Below the pieces are notes generated by a model that saw only the letters and a program-made list of their open reading frames with translations, was not told the origin of the DNA and did no database searches. Both the position numbers and the translations under genes were made by a program. From Oscillospiraceae bacterium (lineage in GTDB: Bacteria; Bacillota; Clostridia; Oscillospirales; CAG-272), in NCBI GenBank assembly GCA_015063495.1, contig SVUB01000001.1, positions 1-55,934 on the forward strand: 55,934 nucleotides of DNA. Direction: 5' to 3'. This document shows positions 19,946 to 29,099 of the stretch, one piece after another. How positions within the stretch are numbered: the first letter of the stretch is position 1; each line of letters starts with the position of its first letter.

Positions 19946-20209
19946 TCATTCGGCAAAGCCGGTATTGATAAGCTCGGCAAGTCCGTCAAGAGCCTCTGCT
20001 TCATCCTGACCGTCGGCTATCAGATTTATCGACATTCCATTGGATATACCAAGTGAAAGTACGCCGAGAAGGCTCTTCGCATTGACTCTGCGCTCATTCT
20101 TCTCTACCCAGATAGAAGACTTATAGCTGTTTGCCTTCTGAATAAAAAAGGTTGCAGGTCTTGCATGAAGGCCGATACTGTTTGTAATTTTCACTTCACG
20201 AGATATCAT
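19946..20209 (-). CDS. ptsH: phosphocarrier protein HPr
   Basis: MISREVKITNSIGLHARPA contains the His15 site, and NAKSLLGVLSLG contains the Ser46 site. Start taken at ATG 20209. No ptsI gene is adjacent. Confidence 0.9.
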   Translation of the reverse strand: MISREVKITNSIGLHARPATFFIQKANSYKSSIWVEKNERRVNAKSLLGVLSLGISNGMSINLIADGQDEAEALDGLAELINTGFAE

Positions 20210-20376
20210 AAAATTTATTCTCCAAATCAAATTGTGTTTTCGTATAGTTATCTAATAATAGTATATCAAATTTTCTCCATAAAATCAACACAAATTTTCG
20301 GGCATTTTCGATAAATATTTTTAGAAAATTCATCACTTTATCATACATAAGTGACATTTTAGGGCATTTTTTAGCC

Positions 20377-20877
20377 TTATTCCGTATATTCCGTTATATC
20401 TGTAAGGACTGCTTCAACGTAAACGTGGCCCGTGTACATCGTCAGCTTCTTGCCGGGCGCCAGATAATAGCTGCCACCAACAAAATATCCGTCATCGTTC
20501 ATAACGCCCTCTGAAATTATCGTTCCGGTGAGGTCAACTCTCGTTCCCTCGGGATAATACACCTTTACTGTTCCCGAATCGGGATCCTCAGCATAGTACG
20601 CTGCGGGATTGTTTGAATCCAGTCGGTCAAATACGCCTATACAGGTGTCATCCGTCGCGACGTATACCCTATCCCCTTTAACAAAGGCATCTGCCGTTGT
20701 ATGACGAACGTCGGTAACAAGAAAAGAAACCTCATACCTGCCCGAGACAGATTCACCCGTTATGTCTGCTCTTTGGTAATATCTCATACCGAGGCTTATA
20801 ACGCTTACGGCAATGATAACGAGTATCACTATATCAAGGACGTTGATCTTCTTCGTCTTCATATTATTATCCATCAT
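20377..20877 (-). CDS. membrane-anchored protein, DUF4330-like (paralog 2)
   Basis: N-terminal KKINVLDIVILVIIAVSVISLG anchor followed by a ~130-aa beta-rich domain. It is paralogous to the upstream ORF in length, anchor and a shared Y(Y/F)V(N/G)G motif. The family assignment is from memory, not a search. Confidence 0.5.
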   Translation of the reverse strand: MMDNNMKTKKINVLDIVILVIIAVSVISLGMRYYQRADITGESVSGRYEVSFLVTDVRHTTADAFVKGDRVYVATDDTCIGVFDRLDSNNPAAYYAEDPDSGTVKVYYPEGTRVDLTGTIISEGVMNDDGYFVGGSYYLAPGKKLTMYTGHVYVEAVLTDITEYTE

Positions 20878-20886
20878 CCGCCCTCC

Positions 20887-21384
20887 TTAATCCATCTCTC
20901 TGATGTTTATGCAGTATCCGTTGCCCGCAAATCCGCGTGACCAGACGTTGCACGCTCTGCCGACAAGGAATCTCGCACCGTTTACGTAATATCCTGCGTC
21001 CGAGTGAACAGCCTCGGCACGCACGGTTATAAGCAGATTGGAAATATCGGGGTTTTCCGCCATATAAACGCTTCCGTCGTTGTCATTATATACAAGCTCG
21101 GAATAGGGCACGCTCTGTACCGCTACCACGGTTCCGATATTCTGCTTGTTATCGGGATCTGTCACACTATCGCCTTCCTTAAGGGCGCCAATGACGCTGT
21201 TATTTACCTTTGCAAACTCGACTGTGTATTCTATGGTGACGCCACTGCTTGATGCGCCTGCGGCACCATTCCCCATTCCTCTCACGATAAACACCGCCGC
21301 AGCAATAACGACAGCTATCACGATGAGAATGAAAAGGTCCATACCGTTAAAGCCTTTTTTTGTTCTCTTAAAATTTATCGCCAT
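20887..21384 (-). CDS. membrane-anchored protein, DUF4330-like (paralog 1)
   Basis: N-terminal GFNGMDLFILIVIAVVIAAAVFIV anchor. Same architecture as 20377-20877. Confidence 0.5.
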   Translation of the reverse strand: MAINFKRTKKGFNGMDLFILIVIAVVIAAAVFIVRGMGNGAAGASSSGVTIEYTVEFAKVNNSVIGALKEGDSVTDPDNKQNIGTVVAVQSVPYSELVYNDNDGSVYMAENPDISNLLITVRAEAVHSDAGYYVNGARFLVGRACNVWSRGFAGNGYCINIREMD

Positions 21385-21396
21385 AATGATACCCCC

Positions 21397-23325
21397 TTAA
21401 TACTCGCTTTTTACGTATATTCTTTTTCTTGCTATTCTCGAGGATGCGGAGATCACAGCCACGACCACCCAGAAAAAGAAGAATATGCGGTAATTGAACC
21501 ATATAAAATCGGTCATTCCCTGAAGAAGCGCCGCCATGAGTGCACTTATACCTGCAACGGATATCACCTTTTCAAATCCCGTATCACGGTTGCCACGTCG
21601 GATCACCTCAAGACCGCTCTTTATGCAAAGCACAAGAGAGGCAAGGAATATCATAAGTCCTACTACGCCCGTCTCTATCATCATCTGGAGAAACAGGTTG
21701 TGACTATGAACCGCCGTCTCGATTCCCGATTCCGCAAATCGGATATATACCGCCCTGAACGCTTCAGCGCCGACTCCTATTCCTGTAAACCAATTCTCAA
21801 GCGCTACCTTCATAGAACCTCGCCAAATTCCCAGTCTGTAAACAGATGAGGAATCCGACATCATAAGGATACTTGAGAACCTCTTAATGAGATTGTCGAA
21901 AAGTCCTCCGCCAAGCTTGTCCGCAAAGAGCGTAAGTCCGAGCGCTCCGAGCGGAACTGCGACGGGAATTATATAGTGGTCGTAAAGAAGCATAAATACG
22001 AGAACTGCCAACACAAGTCCAAGCCAAGCTCCGCGTGACCAGGTGTATATGAGACATACTCCCATTATAGCACAGGATGCAAGTGACAAAAGCTTTACAA
22101 GCACATTACCCGAGCGCAAAGCAAGTGAAAGTGCAAAAGGAATGACTATTATAAGAAATACGCCGAGCATATTGGAATTTTCAAAGGTAGAGGTTATTCT
22201 GCCCGATATTCCCTCGAACATATCCTTATCCATAGTTCCGACCTCGAGATTTCCGCTTATTTTCTGATAAAGTCCGTAAAGAGCGGTAAGAGTACCCGAT
22301 GCCACAAGTGATGCCACAAGTCTGCCAAGCCATTCGGTAGAGGTAATAAGTGAAACCGTCATAAAATAAATAAACATAAAGCAGACGTATATTGACGCCT
22401 CTTTAAGGGAAGCTACACCTCCAACCGACACTGCGCCGCCCATAAGCATTACGAACATAAATAATGCAACGAACATATCGGATATCTCAAAGTGAGGTCT
22501 GAGCTTGCCGAGAAAGACCTTTATACATACGCAGATAGCGGTATAAATTATAAATAACGCAAGGAGAAGCGACGGTGACCCTATAAAGGTAAGGAACGGC
22601 GCTATGAAAACAGAGACTATTATGCCGATCTCGGGGCTTTTGTATATCATTCCCGCTCCAATAAAAAACACTATTCCGAGAATGATATAAACGGGAGACA
22701 CAAAATACGAGGTGCATCCGAGAAGCGCACCGACAAGTGTCGCCCAGAAATATCTTTTTGAGCCGTGCTCGGTGCCCGAATACTTCTTAAGGCTTGCACG
22801 TGGAAATCCGAGCACGTCAAATATCAAAGTTGAGAAAACAAAGCTCTCAACCACCGCAAAAGCGAGCGTTTTGGACGAAACAAGCATGGGAAATGCCGCA
22901 GCGATGAGCAATGCACCCACAAACCAGGCAATTCCGCTTGATATATCCACCGAGAATGAAAAGCGCTTTATCAGATTCATCAGAAGCACGGATATTCCGA
23001 AATACATAAAGAAGAACCCGTAAAACTTCATCTGACATCCGAGCAGCCAGCTTCTCGCATCTCCCGCCAGACGAACAGTCTTGCTATTCTCGTAGCTTAC
23101 TATAGCACGGCGACGAAGTCTTGAGATACGACTGTCTCTCCAGCTTCCGACATTCTCGCTGTCTCCGCCCCATACACCCTCCTCAAACCTTCTTTGATGA
23201 GAAGAGTAATTTGTAAGCATTGATCCGAAGAACCCCGAAAGCATTGCATCATAGCATTTCTTTGAAAAACGGATTATAGCGCTAGAGAAGAAAAGCTCTT
23301 TTATCTTTTTCGCACTGAAATTCAA
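21397..23325 (-). CDS. polytopic membrane protein with O-antigen ligase/Wzy_C-like domain
   Basis: 642 aa with at least 10 TM segments. IYTWSRGAWLGLVLAVLVF resembles the Wzy_C core. TTG start with RBS AAGGAGGA embedded in the trmD 3' end. The start overlaps the trmD stop (TTGA). Confidence 0.7.
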   Translation of the reverse strand: MNFSAKKIKELFFSSAIIRFSKKCYDAMLSGFFGSMLTNYSSHQRRFEEGVWGGDSENVGSWRDSRISRLRRRAIVSYENSKTVRLAGDARSWLLGCQMKFYGFFFMYFGISVLLMNLIKRFSFSVDISSGIAWFVGALLIAAAFPMLVSSKTLAFAVVESFVFSTLIFDVLGFPRASLKKYSGTEHGSKRYFWATLVGALLGCTSYFVSPVYIILGIVFFIGAGMIYKSPEIGIIVSVFIAPFLTFIGSPSLLLALFIIYTAICVCIKVFLGKLRPHFEISDMFVALFMFVMLMGGAVSVGGVASLKEASIYVCFMFIYFMTVSLITSTEWLGRLVASLVASGTLTALYGLYQKISGNLEVGTMDKDMFEGISGRITSTFENSNMLGVFLIIVIPFALSLALRSGNVLVKLLSLASCAIMGVCLIYTWSRGAWLGLVLAVLVFMLLYDHYIIPVAVPLGALGLTLFADKLGGGLFDNLIKRFSSILMMSDSSSVYRLGIWRGSMKVALENWFTGIGVGAEAFRAVYIRFAESGIETAVHSHNLFLQMMIETGVVGLMIFLASLVLCIKSGLEVIRRGNRDTGFEKVISVAGISALMAALLQGMTDFIWFNYRIFFFFWVVVAVISASSRIARKRIYVKSEY

Positions 23326-24047
23326 TCTTTTTCCTCCTTACAAAGAAGATCGGGACGAAGCTTTTTTGTTAGTGCAACAGCTTGCTCCTCACGCCACTTT
23401 TCAATGTTTGCATGATGTCCTGAGAGGAGCACGTCCGGCACCTTTACACCGTGAAATTCAAGAGGGCGTGTATACTGCGGATATTCGAGCATACCGCAGG
23501 CAATGCTCTCACTCTCATAGCACTCGTCGGCAGAGAGGACACCGGGAACAAGCCTTGAAACAGAGTCAACGAGTATGCAGGCGGGTATCTCACCGCCCGT
23601 GAGCACGTAGTTACCGATAGATATCTCCTCGTCAACAATCTCGTCTATTATTCTCTGGTCAACACCCTCGTAATGACCGCAAAGTATGATCAGATTATCA
23701 TAATGGGAAAGCTCCTCGGCTTTTTTCTGATCGAGTATTTTTCCCTTCGGAGACATAAATATGACGTGGCGATGCACAGATTCCTTTCCTTCTTCCAAAA
23801 AGAACGCATCAGCCTCCTTTGTGACAGCCTCGTAGCAGTTATAAATGGGGGGTGCCGCCATAAGCATTCCCATTCCGCCGCCGTACGGGGTATCATCCAC
23901 CCTTCGGTGCTTGTCCTCGGAATAATCTCTTATATTGTGAGCGCAAACCTTTATAGCAGCGCTTTTTTGAGCTCTTCCTATCACACTCTCCCCAAGAACA
24001 AAGGAAACAAGGTCGGGAAAGAGCGTCATTATATCAAATCTTATCAT
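23322..24047 (-). CDS. trmD: tRNA (guanine37-N1)-methyltransferase TrmD
   Basis: Motifs MIRFDIMTLFPD, RDYSEDKHRRVDDTPYGGGMGM, CGHYEGVDQR and LTGGE. Confidence 0.95.
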   Translation of the reverse strand: MIRFDIMTLFPDLVSFVLGESVIGRAQKSAAIKVCAHNIRDYSEDKHRRVDDTPYGGGMGMLMAAPPIYNCYEAVTKEADAFFLEEGKESVHRHVIFMSPKGKILDQKKAEELSHYDNLIILCGHYEGVDQRIIDEIVDEEISIGNYVLTGGEIPACILVDSVSRLVPGVLSADECYESESIACGMLEYPQYTRPLEFHGVKVPDVLLSGHHANIEKWREEQAVALTKKLRPDLLCKEEKD

Positions 24048-24049
24048 TT

Positions 24050-24565
24050 TCAGTCCTCGTCAAGCATACCGGGAATGGGAGTTACGAATATTCCGCTCTC
24101 GACGTCTACCCTCTTAACAAATTCAGGCACCGCAGGCATCATTCTCTCACCCTCCGGCGTATCTATAACGTATATATCGGATGCGCCTCTGTTTATAACC
24201 TCTCTGAGCTTGCCGTATATTCTGCCGTCCTCGGCATCAATAACGTCAAGGCCCTCAAGGTCGGCAAGAAAATATGCTCCGTTTTTAAGAGGTATATCCT
24301 CTCTATCGGCATATATAAGCGTATTTTTGAGAAGCATTGCCGCATCCATATCAGAAACGCCATCAAGCTCCATTATAACGAACTCCTTGAACACGGACGC
24401 ATTCTTTACCTTTTTCTCGGTATACACGCCCGCACTGTGAAGGAATACTCTTTTAAGTGAAGACAAGACCTTTGGTGTGTCGCAACGGTTCTCTACCTTG
24501 ACTGCGCCCTTTACACCGTGAGTATTTACTATTTTTCCGCATTCAAGATAACGAGCCCCTGCCAT
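24050..24565 (-). CDS. rimM: 16S rRNA processing protein RimM
   Basis: The motif GKIVNTHGVKGAVKV and a PRC-barrel C-terminus. It lies immediately upstream of trmD. Confidence 0.9.
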   Translation of the reverse strand: MAGARYLECGKIVNTHGVKGAVKVENRCDTPKVLSSLKRVFLHSAGVYTEKKVKNASVFKEFVIMELDGVSDMDAAMLLKNTLIYADREDIPLKNGAYFLADLEGLDVIDAEDGRIYGKLREVINRGASDIYVIDTPEGERMMPAVPEFVKRVDVESGIFVTPIPGMLDED

Positions 24566-24660
24566 AACATCTCCTCCAAAAGATTACTTATATATTATTG
24601 TATCACAAAATTTCATCTATTTCAATACTTTTCCGTTTTTAAAATATTTTGCAAAAACTG

Positions 24661-24689
24661 TTGCAAACGTGGCAAAAATATGGTAAAAT
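24661..24689 (+). promoter_or_regulatory. sigma-A-type promoter of yajC
   Basis: TTGCAA (24661-24666), 17 nt, TGgTAAAAT (-10 at 24684-24689). Confidence 0.55.
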
Positions 24690-24718
24690 GATTTCAAATT
24701 GATTTGGAGGTAGAAAAT

Positions 24719-25054
24719 ATGCTCACAAGATTACTCACTGCAGGCGCAGAGGGCGCAGGAAACGGCGGCGGATTTGGCAGTCTTTATTCGATCATAATGA
24801 TCGTTGCTATGCTCGCTATCCTTTATTTCTTTATGATACGCCCCCAGAAAAAGCAGGAAAAAGAGACAAATGCTATGCGTAACGCTCTTCAGGTCGGCGA
24901 TGAGATAACCACAATTGGTGGTATTATCGGCAAGATCGTAAGCATCAAAGAAGAGACGTGCATGATAGAAACAGGCCATGACAGAATGAAGATAAGAATT
25001 CTCAAGAGCGCAGTAAGATGTGTTGACGTAAAGGCAGAAGACGCACAGAAATAA
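24719..25054 (+). CDS. yajC: preprotein translocase subunit YajC
   Basis: Single TM followed by FFMIRPQKKQEKE...LQVGDEITTIGGIIGKIVSI, the canonical YajC signature. ATG at 24719 after GGAGG. Confidence 0.85.
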   Translation: MLTRLLTAGAEGAGNGGGFGSLYSIIMIVAMLAILYFFMIRPQKKQEKETNAMRNALQVGDEITTIGGIIGKIVSIKEETCMIETGHDRMKIRILKSAVRCVDVKAEDAQK

Positions 25055-25121
25055 TCAGTCATAAAAATCACCTCCGAGGATTATAATTATTATGAAATTA
25101 TGATCTTCGGAGGCATTTTTT

Positions 25122-25598
25122 ATGGACATCAAAAAAAAGAGGAATTTACGGCCCCACCAAGTGAAAGCGCAGGGCGAGGACGTTTTTTCCCCAATTGCAC
25201 TCATTCGCTCCTCACTTATCGGACTTGCCGCAGCGGCTCTGACTGCTCTTCTCCTTTTATTTGTGGGGGCATGGGTAGCATACTCTAATAAAGACCCCTC
25301 TGCCCTTACGATGCCCGTATCGCTTGCAGCCCTTTACTTAAGCCTTTTTATCGGCGGTTTCGTTTCTGCAAAAAAATCCGATAAAAATAAGCTTATTTGC
25401 GGAATATTTTTCACAGCTCTCTCTCTTGTGGTGATGTTTCTCCTCAAGCTGATTTTAGCGGGCGGCAGCGGAAACGATATGGAAAATGCGATGGCATATC
25501 TGGTCGGATCTGTAGCATCGGCTATTATGGGCTCTCTCTGCGCCGCTTTTACACACGCCTCTAAAGGCGGAAAAAGAAGAAAGCGTATCAAAAAATAG
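25122..25598 (+). CDS. hypothetical 4-TM membrane protein (possibly TIGR04086/YrzE-like)
   Basis: 158 aa with four hydrophobic segments and a basic C-terminus. The family guess is from memory only. Confidence 0.45.
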   Translation: MDIKKKRNLRPHQVKAQGEDVFSPIALIRSSLIGLAAAALTALLLLFVGAWVAYSNKDPSALTMPVSLAALYLSLFIGGFVSAKKSDKNKLICGIFFTALSLVVMFLLKLILAGGSGNDMENAMAYLVGSVASAIMGSLCAAFTHASKGGKRRKRIKK

Positions 25599-25628
25599 AA
25601 AACGGCTCACTTTCGTGAGCCGTTTTTT
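25598..25628. terminator. bidirectional intrinsic terminator
   Basis: AAAACGGCTCAC-tttc-GTGAGCCGTTTT, between convergent genes. Confidence 0.8.
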
Positions 25629-27138
25629 AATTATTTACGTTCCAGGTTATGATGCTGACCGCATTTGAATAGCGGTATCCCTCACTTGTATACGAAATGC
25701 TCTTTTCGAATTGAACGTGGTCTCCTCTTGCCGCATCGTACGAAGCTGAATCGCAGACCTCAAACTTATAATTGTTCGTATTCTTTTCCTCCGGATTGAG
25801 ACACTTCGTAAAGACTATGTAGTGCGTTCTTCCCCTTGAAGGACGGGAGAAATAAACTACTATTCCCTCGGGATGCTCGTCAAGAGCTTCCTTTATCGCC
25901 TTTTTCGTCACTCCGTAGGTCATCTGTGAAGAAATGCTCTTTCCGTTCACGTTGAAGCGTGCATCTATATTGCTTCTCGACACAAGTATTGGGTTTCCGT
26001 AGATAACACCCTTAGATGTAGTTGCACCGTGATTGCCCGAATTTGCAAGTGCGACAGTATACGGGTCTGCAGGCAGGTTGTCGGTCTGTCCGCTTCTGAA
26101 ATCATACCCCTTTGTGAGCTTAGCGCCCATATTATTGAGTATCATCGCAACAGAAGCAAGATAACAGCCCTCGTCCATCCAGTCGCGGCCTCTGCCGTAC
26201 TTGTCTATCATAAATTTCTTTCTGACACCGCCTGCGGTAAATGATATACCGGAAAGCGCCGTAGCATTCCAGTCGCTGTTGCTTACGCTGTGCTGGCTGT
26301 ACCAGGTAAATGCGGCTTCAGAGGAAACTGTTACCGTGCAGCTTGCACTCTTATCACCCGAACGAGCCGTAACCCTGACCTTGCCCGGTGCGAGAGCACA
26401 GTATGCCCCGCTGTCATCTATCATGAGTATCTTTTCGTCGCTCGACTCCCATTTTACGTTGCGGTCACCGAAATTATAGGGAGTAAGAGTAGCATAAAGC
26501 GCTCCTACCGAGTAAAGCTTGACCGTAGTATTTACAAAAGCAAGTGAGATCCCCGTGACCTCAATGGGCTCGAATATCCACTGCTGAGCGCCCCCACCGG
26601 TGTACTTGGTAAGAGCAAGATAATTGTGCTTATATCTTGACGTCTTTTCGGATATTCCGAGTGTTACCGATTTTGAGCCGGTAGCGGCAGGAGAAACGGT
26701 ATAAGTGCCGTTACCCGATGAATATATGGTGAACTTCTCTGTTTTTTCGATTTCCGTGCGCTTTGTTATAATAGTTCCGTCCTCGCAGCCATCCCTGTAG
26801 CTGAGGACGTACTTCCCTGACTCACTCTGGGGACGAAGCACATAAGTGCCGTCATCAAGTCGCTCAACGTAGATATCCTGAGCCTCTCCGCCGTTCTTTT
26901 CATCAAGATAGGCAGAGCCCTTTGTGTCATAGGCCTTATCGTAAGCGTCAATATAGCGCTCGGTAGACGCATTGCGTATGCGGTAAACACCGCTTCCCAG
27001 AACGTTCACCTGATTTGCAGCTTTTTTCGCATTTACGCCCGCACTTGCGGAAACGGGAAGCGAAGAAAGCAGAAGAGAAAGCATCAGCACAAAGCAGATA
27101 AGTCTGCCACAGCGCATCGGCTTCTTTTCAAATCGCAT
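25627..27138 (-). CDS. secreted multidomain protein: signal peptide, ricin-type beta-trefoil lectin, Big_2 Ig-like domain, C-terminal Cys/His (C39-like?) domain
   Basis: Signal peptide MRFEKKPMRCGRLICFVLMLSLLLSSLPVSASA. Lectin-like repeats end in the QxW motif (GGAQQWIFEP). The Big_2-like segment is GISLAFVNTTVKLYSVG...GKVRVTARSGDKSASCTVTV. The C-terminal ~230 aa contain DEGCYLASVAMILNNMG and a later THYIVF. Start taken at ATG 27138. Confidence 0.65.
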   Translation of the reverse strand: MRFEKKPMRCGRLICFVLMLSLLLSSLPVSASAGVNAKKAANQVNVLGSGVYRIRNASTERYIDAYDKAYDTKGSAYLDEKNGGEAQDIYVERLDDGTYVLRPQSESGKYVLSYRDGCEDGTIITKRTEIEKTEKFTIYSSGNGTYTVSPAATGSKSVTLGISEKTSRYKHNYLALTKYTGGGAQQWIFEPIEVTGISLAFVNTTVKLYSVGALYATLTPYNFGDRNVKWESSDEKILMIDDSGAYCALAPGKVRVTARSGDKSASCTVTVSSEAAFTWYSQHSVSNSDWNATALSGISFTAGGVRKKFMIDKYGRGRDWMDEGCYLASVAMILNNMGAKLTKGYDFRSGQTDNLPADPYTVALANSGNHGATTSKGVIYGNPILVSRSNIDARFNVNGKSISSQMTYGVTKKAIKEALDEHPEGIVVYFSRPSRGRTHYIVFTKCLNPEEKNTNNYKFEVCDSASYDAARGDHVQFEKSISYTSEGYRYSNAVSIITWNVNN

Positions 27139-27288
27139 GTTTTCATTCCTTTCTATGTAAAAAGTAGGTTTCAAAAAGTCCATACATAGTTATTATACAC
27201 TATTATGAGCGGTAATTGCTGAACATATTGTTAATTTTATTCTCATAAGACTAAAATGATCAACTCTGTTAAAATCATGCTCAAATTC

Positions 27289-27317
27289 TTGACTTTTCTT
27301 TTTTGTGCGGATATAAT
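27289..27317 (+). promoter_or_regulatory. sigma-A-type promoter of the ABC exporter gene
   Basis: TTGACT (27289-27294), 17 nt, TATAAT (27312-27317). Confidence 0.55.
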
Positions 27318-27347
27318 ATTTACGTAAGGAAAGAAAAGGAGTCGAAA

Positions 27348-29066
27348 ATGCTCAAAAGATTTATCGCCTATTATAAACCGCACAGAAAAGTATTCATTCT
27401 TGATATGCTGGCGTCTCTTATCGTGGCGCTTATCGGTATTGTCTACCCTATTGTCACACGTGAGATGCTGAACACCCTTATTCCCGAGCGCAAATACCGT
27501 CTTATCGTCTTTGCGGGTCTTGCCCTGCTCGGTCTTTACCTGCTTCGTATGCTTCTCAATTATTTTATTCAGTATTACGGTCACGTAATGGGCGTTCGGA
27601 TGCAGACGCAGATGAGAAGCGATATGTTCGCACATCTTGAAAAGCTACCATACAGCTTCTATGACGACAACGAAACGGGAAAGATAATGTCGAGAATGAC
27701 AAGCGACCTTTTTGAGGTCAGCGAGCTTGCTCATCACGGCCCGGAAAACCTTATAATATCGACCATTTCCATCATAACATCGTTCATTTATCTCATAAAT
27801 ATAAACGTCAAGCTCACGCTTATAATTTTTGCCTGCGTTCCCTTCCTTCTGATCATAGCTCTCGTGCTCCGCAAGAGAATGCGTGAAGCCTTTACAGAAA
27901 GCAGAAAGGCTACGGCAGAAATAAACGCTGCACTCGAGAGCAGCGTATCGGGAATCCGTGTGACAAAGGCTTTTTGTAACGCCCAAAAGGAACAGGAAAA
28001 ATTTGAGGTCGGCAACGAGCTCTATACCTCCTCTCGTAGCCGTGCATATAAGGCAATGGGCCAGTTCCACTCGGGAACGTCATTTATAACCGATATTTTT
28101 AACGTGATAATCCTTATCGCAGGTGGATTTTTCCTTTATAACGACACTATCAACTTTGCAGATTACTCCGCTTTCGTAGTATCCGTAAATCTCTTTATCT
28201 CCCCGGTTATGACTCTAATCAACTTTATGGAGCAGTATCAGAACGGCGTTACAGGCTTTACCCGTTTCCTTGAGATAATGGATGCAGAGCCCGAGCGTGA
28301 CAGCGAGGGTGCTGTGGACGCAGAAAACATTGAAGGCGAGATAGAATTCAAGGACGTAAGCTATGCGTATGACGGTGAAAACGACGTTCTGCGCAGCGTT
28401 GACCTAAAGATAGAAAAAGGCAAAACACTTGCGCTCGTAGGTCCCTCCGGCGGCGGAAAAACCACTATATGCCACCTCATCCCGCACTTCTATGACGTGA
28501 CCACGGGGGAGATACTCATCGACGGAAAAGAGATACATTCGATAACGATGGAGTCCCTGCGCAGAAACATCGGAATAGTTCAGCAGGACATCTATCTTTT
28601 CAATGCAAGCATCAAGGAGAATATCCTTTACGGCAGGCTTGACGCCACCGACGAAGAGGTTATTGAGGCCGCAAAGCGTGCAAACATCCACGATTACGTA
28701 ATGACGCTTGAGCACGGGTACGACACACAGATAGGCGAGCGTGGAGTCCGTCTCTCGGGTGGACAGAAGCAAAGGCTTTCTATCGCACGGGTATTTCTCA
28801 AAAATCCTCCTATTCTTATCCTTGACGAAGCAACGAGTGCACTTGACAACACGACCGAAATACTCATCCAGCAGGCGCTCGATGACCTCTGCCGAGGCAG
28901 AACGACTCTTGTTGTAGCGCATAGACTCTCTACTATCAAAAATGCTGACGAGATAGCGGTAGTAGCAGACGGCAGAATAATAGAAAAAGGAACACACAGT
29001 GAGTTGATAGCAAAGAATGGCACGTATGCCGACCTCTACGCTCTTCAGTTCAGAAATAATCAATAA
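27348..29066 (+). CDS. ABC transporter, fused permease/ATP-binding protein (MsbA/MDR-type exporter)
   Basis: Six-TM domain followed by Walker A GPSGGGKTT, the signature LSGGQKQRLSIAR and Walker B ILILDEATSALD. Start at ATG 27348 (RBS AAAGGAG). Confidence 0.9.
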   Translation: MLKRFIAYYKPHRKVFILDMLASLIVALIGIVYPIVTREMLNTLIPERKYRLIVFAGLALLGLYLLRMLLNYFIQYYGHVMGVRMQTQMRSDMFAHLEKLPYSFYDDNETGKIMSRMTSDLFEVSELAHHGPENLIISTISIITSFIYLININVKLTLIIFACVPFLLIIALVLRKRMREAFTESRKATAEINAALESSVSGIRVTKAFCNAQKEQEKFEVGNELYTSSRSRAYKAMGQFHSGTSFITDIFNVIILIAGGFFLYNDTINFADYSAFVVSVNLFISPVMTLINFMEQYQNGVTGFTRFLEIMDAEPERDSEGAVDAENIEGEIEFKDVSYAYDGENDVLRSVDLKIEKGKTLALVGPSGGGKTTICHLIPHFYDVTTGEILIDGKEIHSITMESLRRNIGIVQQDIYLFNASIKENILYGRLDATDEEVIEAAKRANIHDYVMTLEHGYDTQIGERGVRLSGGQKQRLSIARVFLKNPPILILDEATSALDNTTEILIQQALDDLCRGRTTLVVAHRLSTIKNADEIAVVADGRIIEKGTHSELIAKNGTYADLYALQFRNNQ

Positions 29067-29070
29067 AAAA

Positions 29071-29093
29071 AGCGGGAGCACTTGCTCCCGCTT
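29071..29093. terminator. bidirectional intrinsic terminator
   Basis: AGCGGGAGCA-ctt-GCTCCCGCT, with an A-run upstream and a T-rich tract downstream, between convergent genes. Confidence 0.75.
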
Positions 29094-29099
29094 TCTTTA

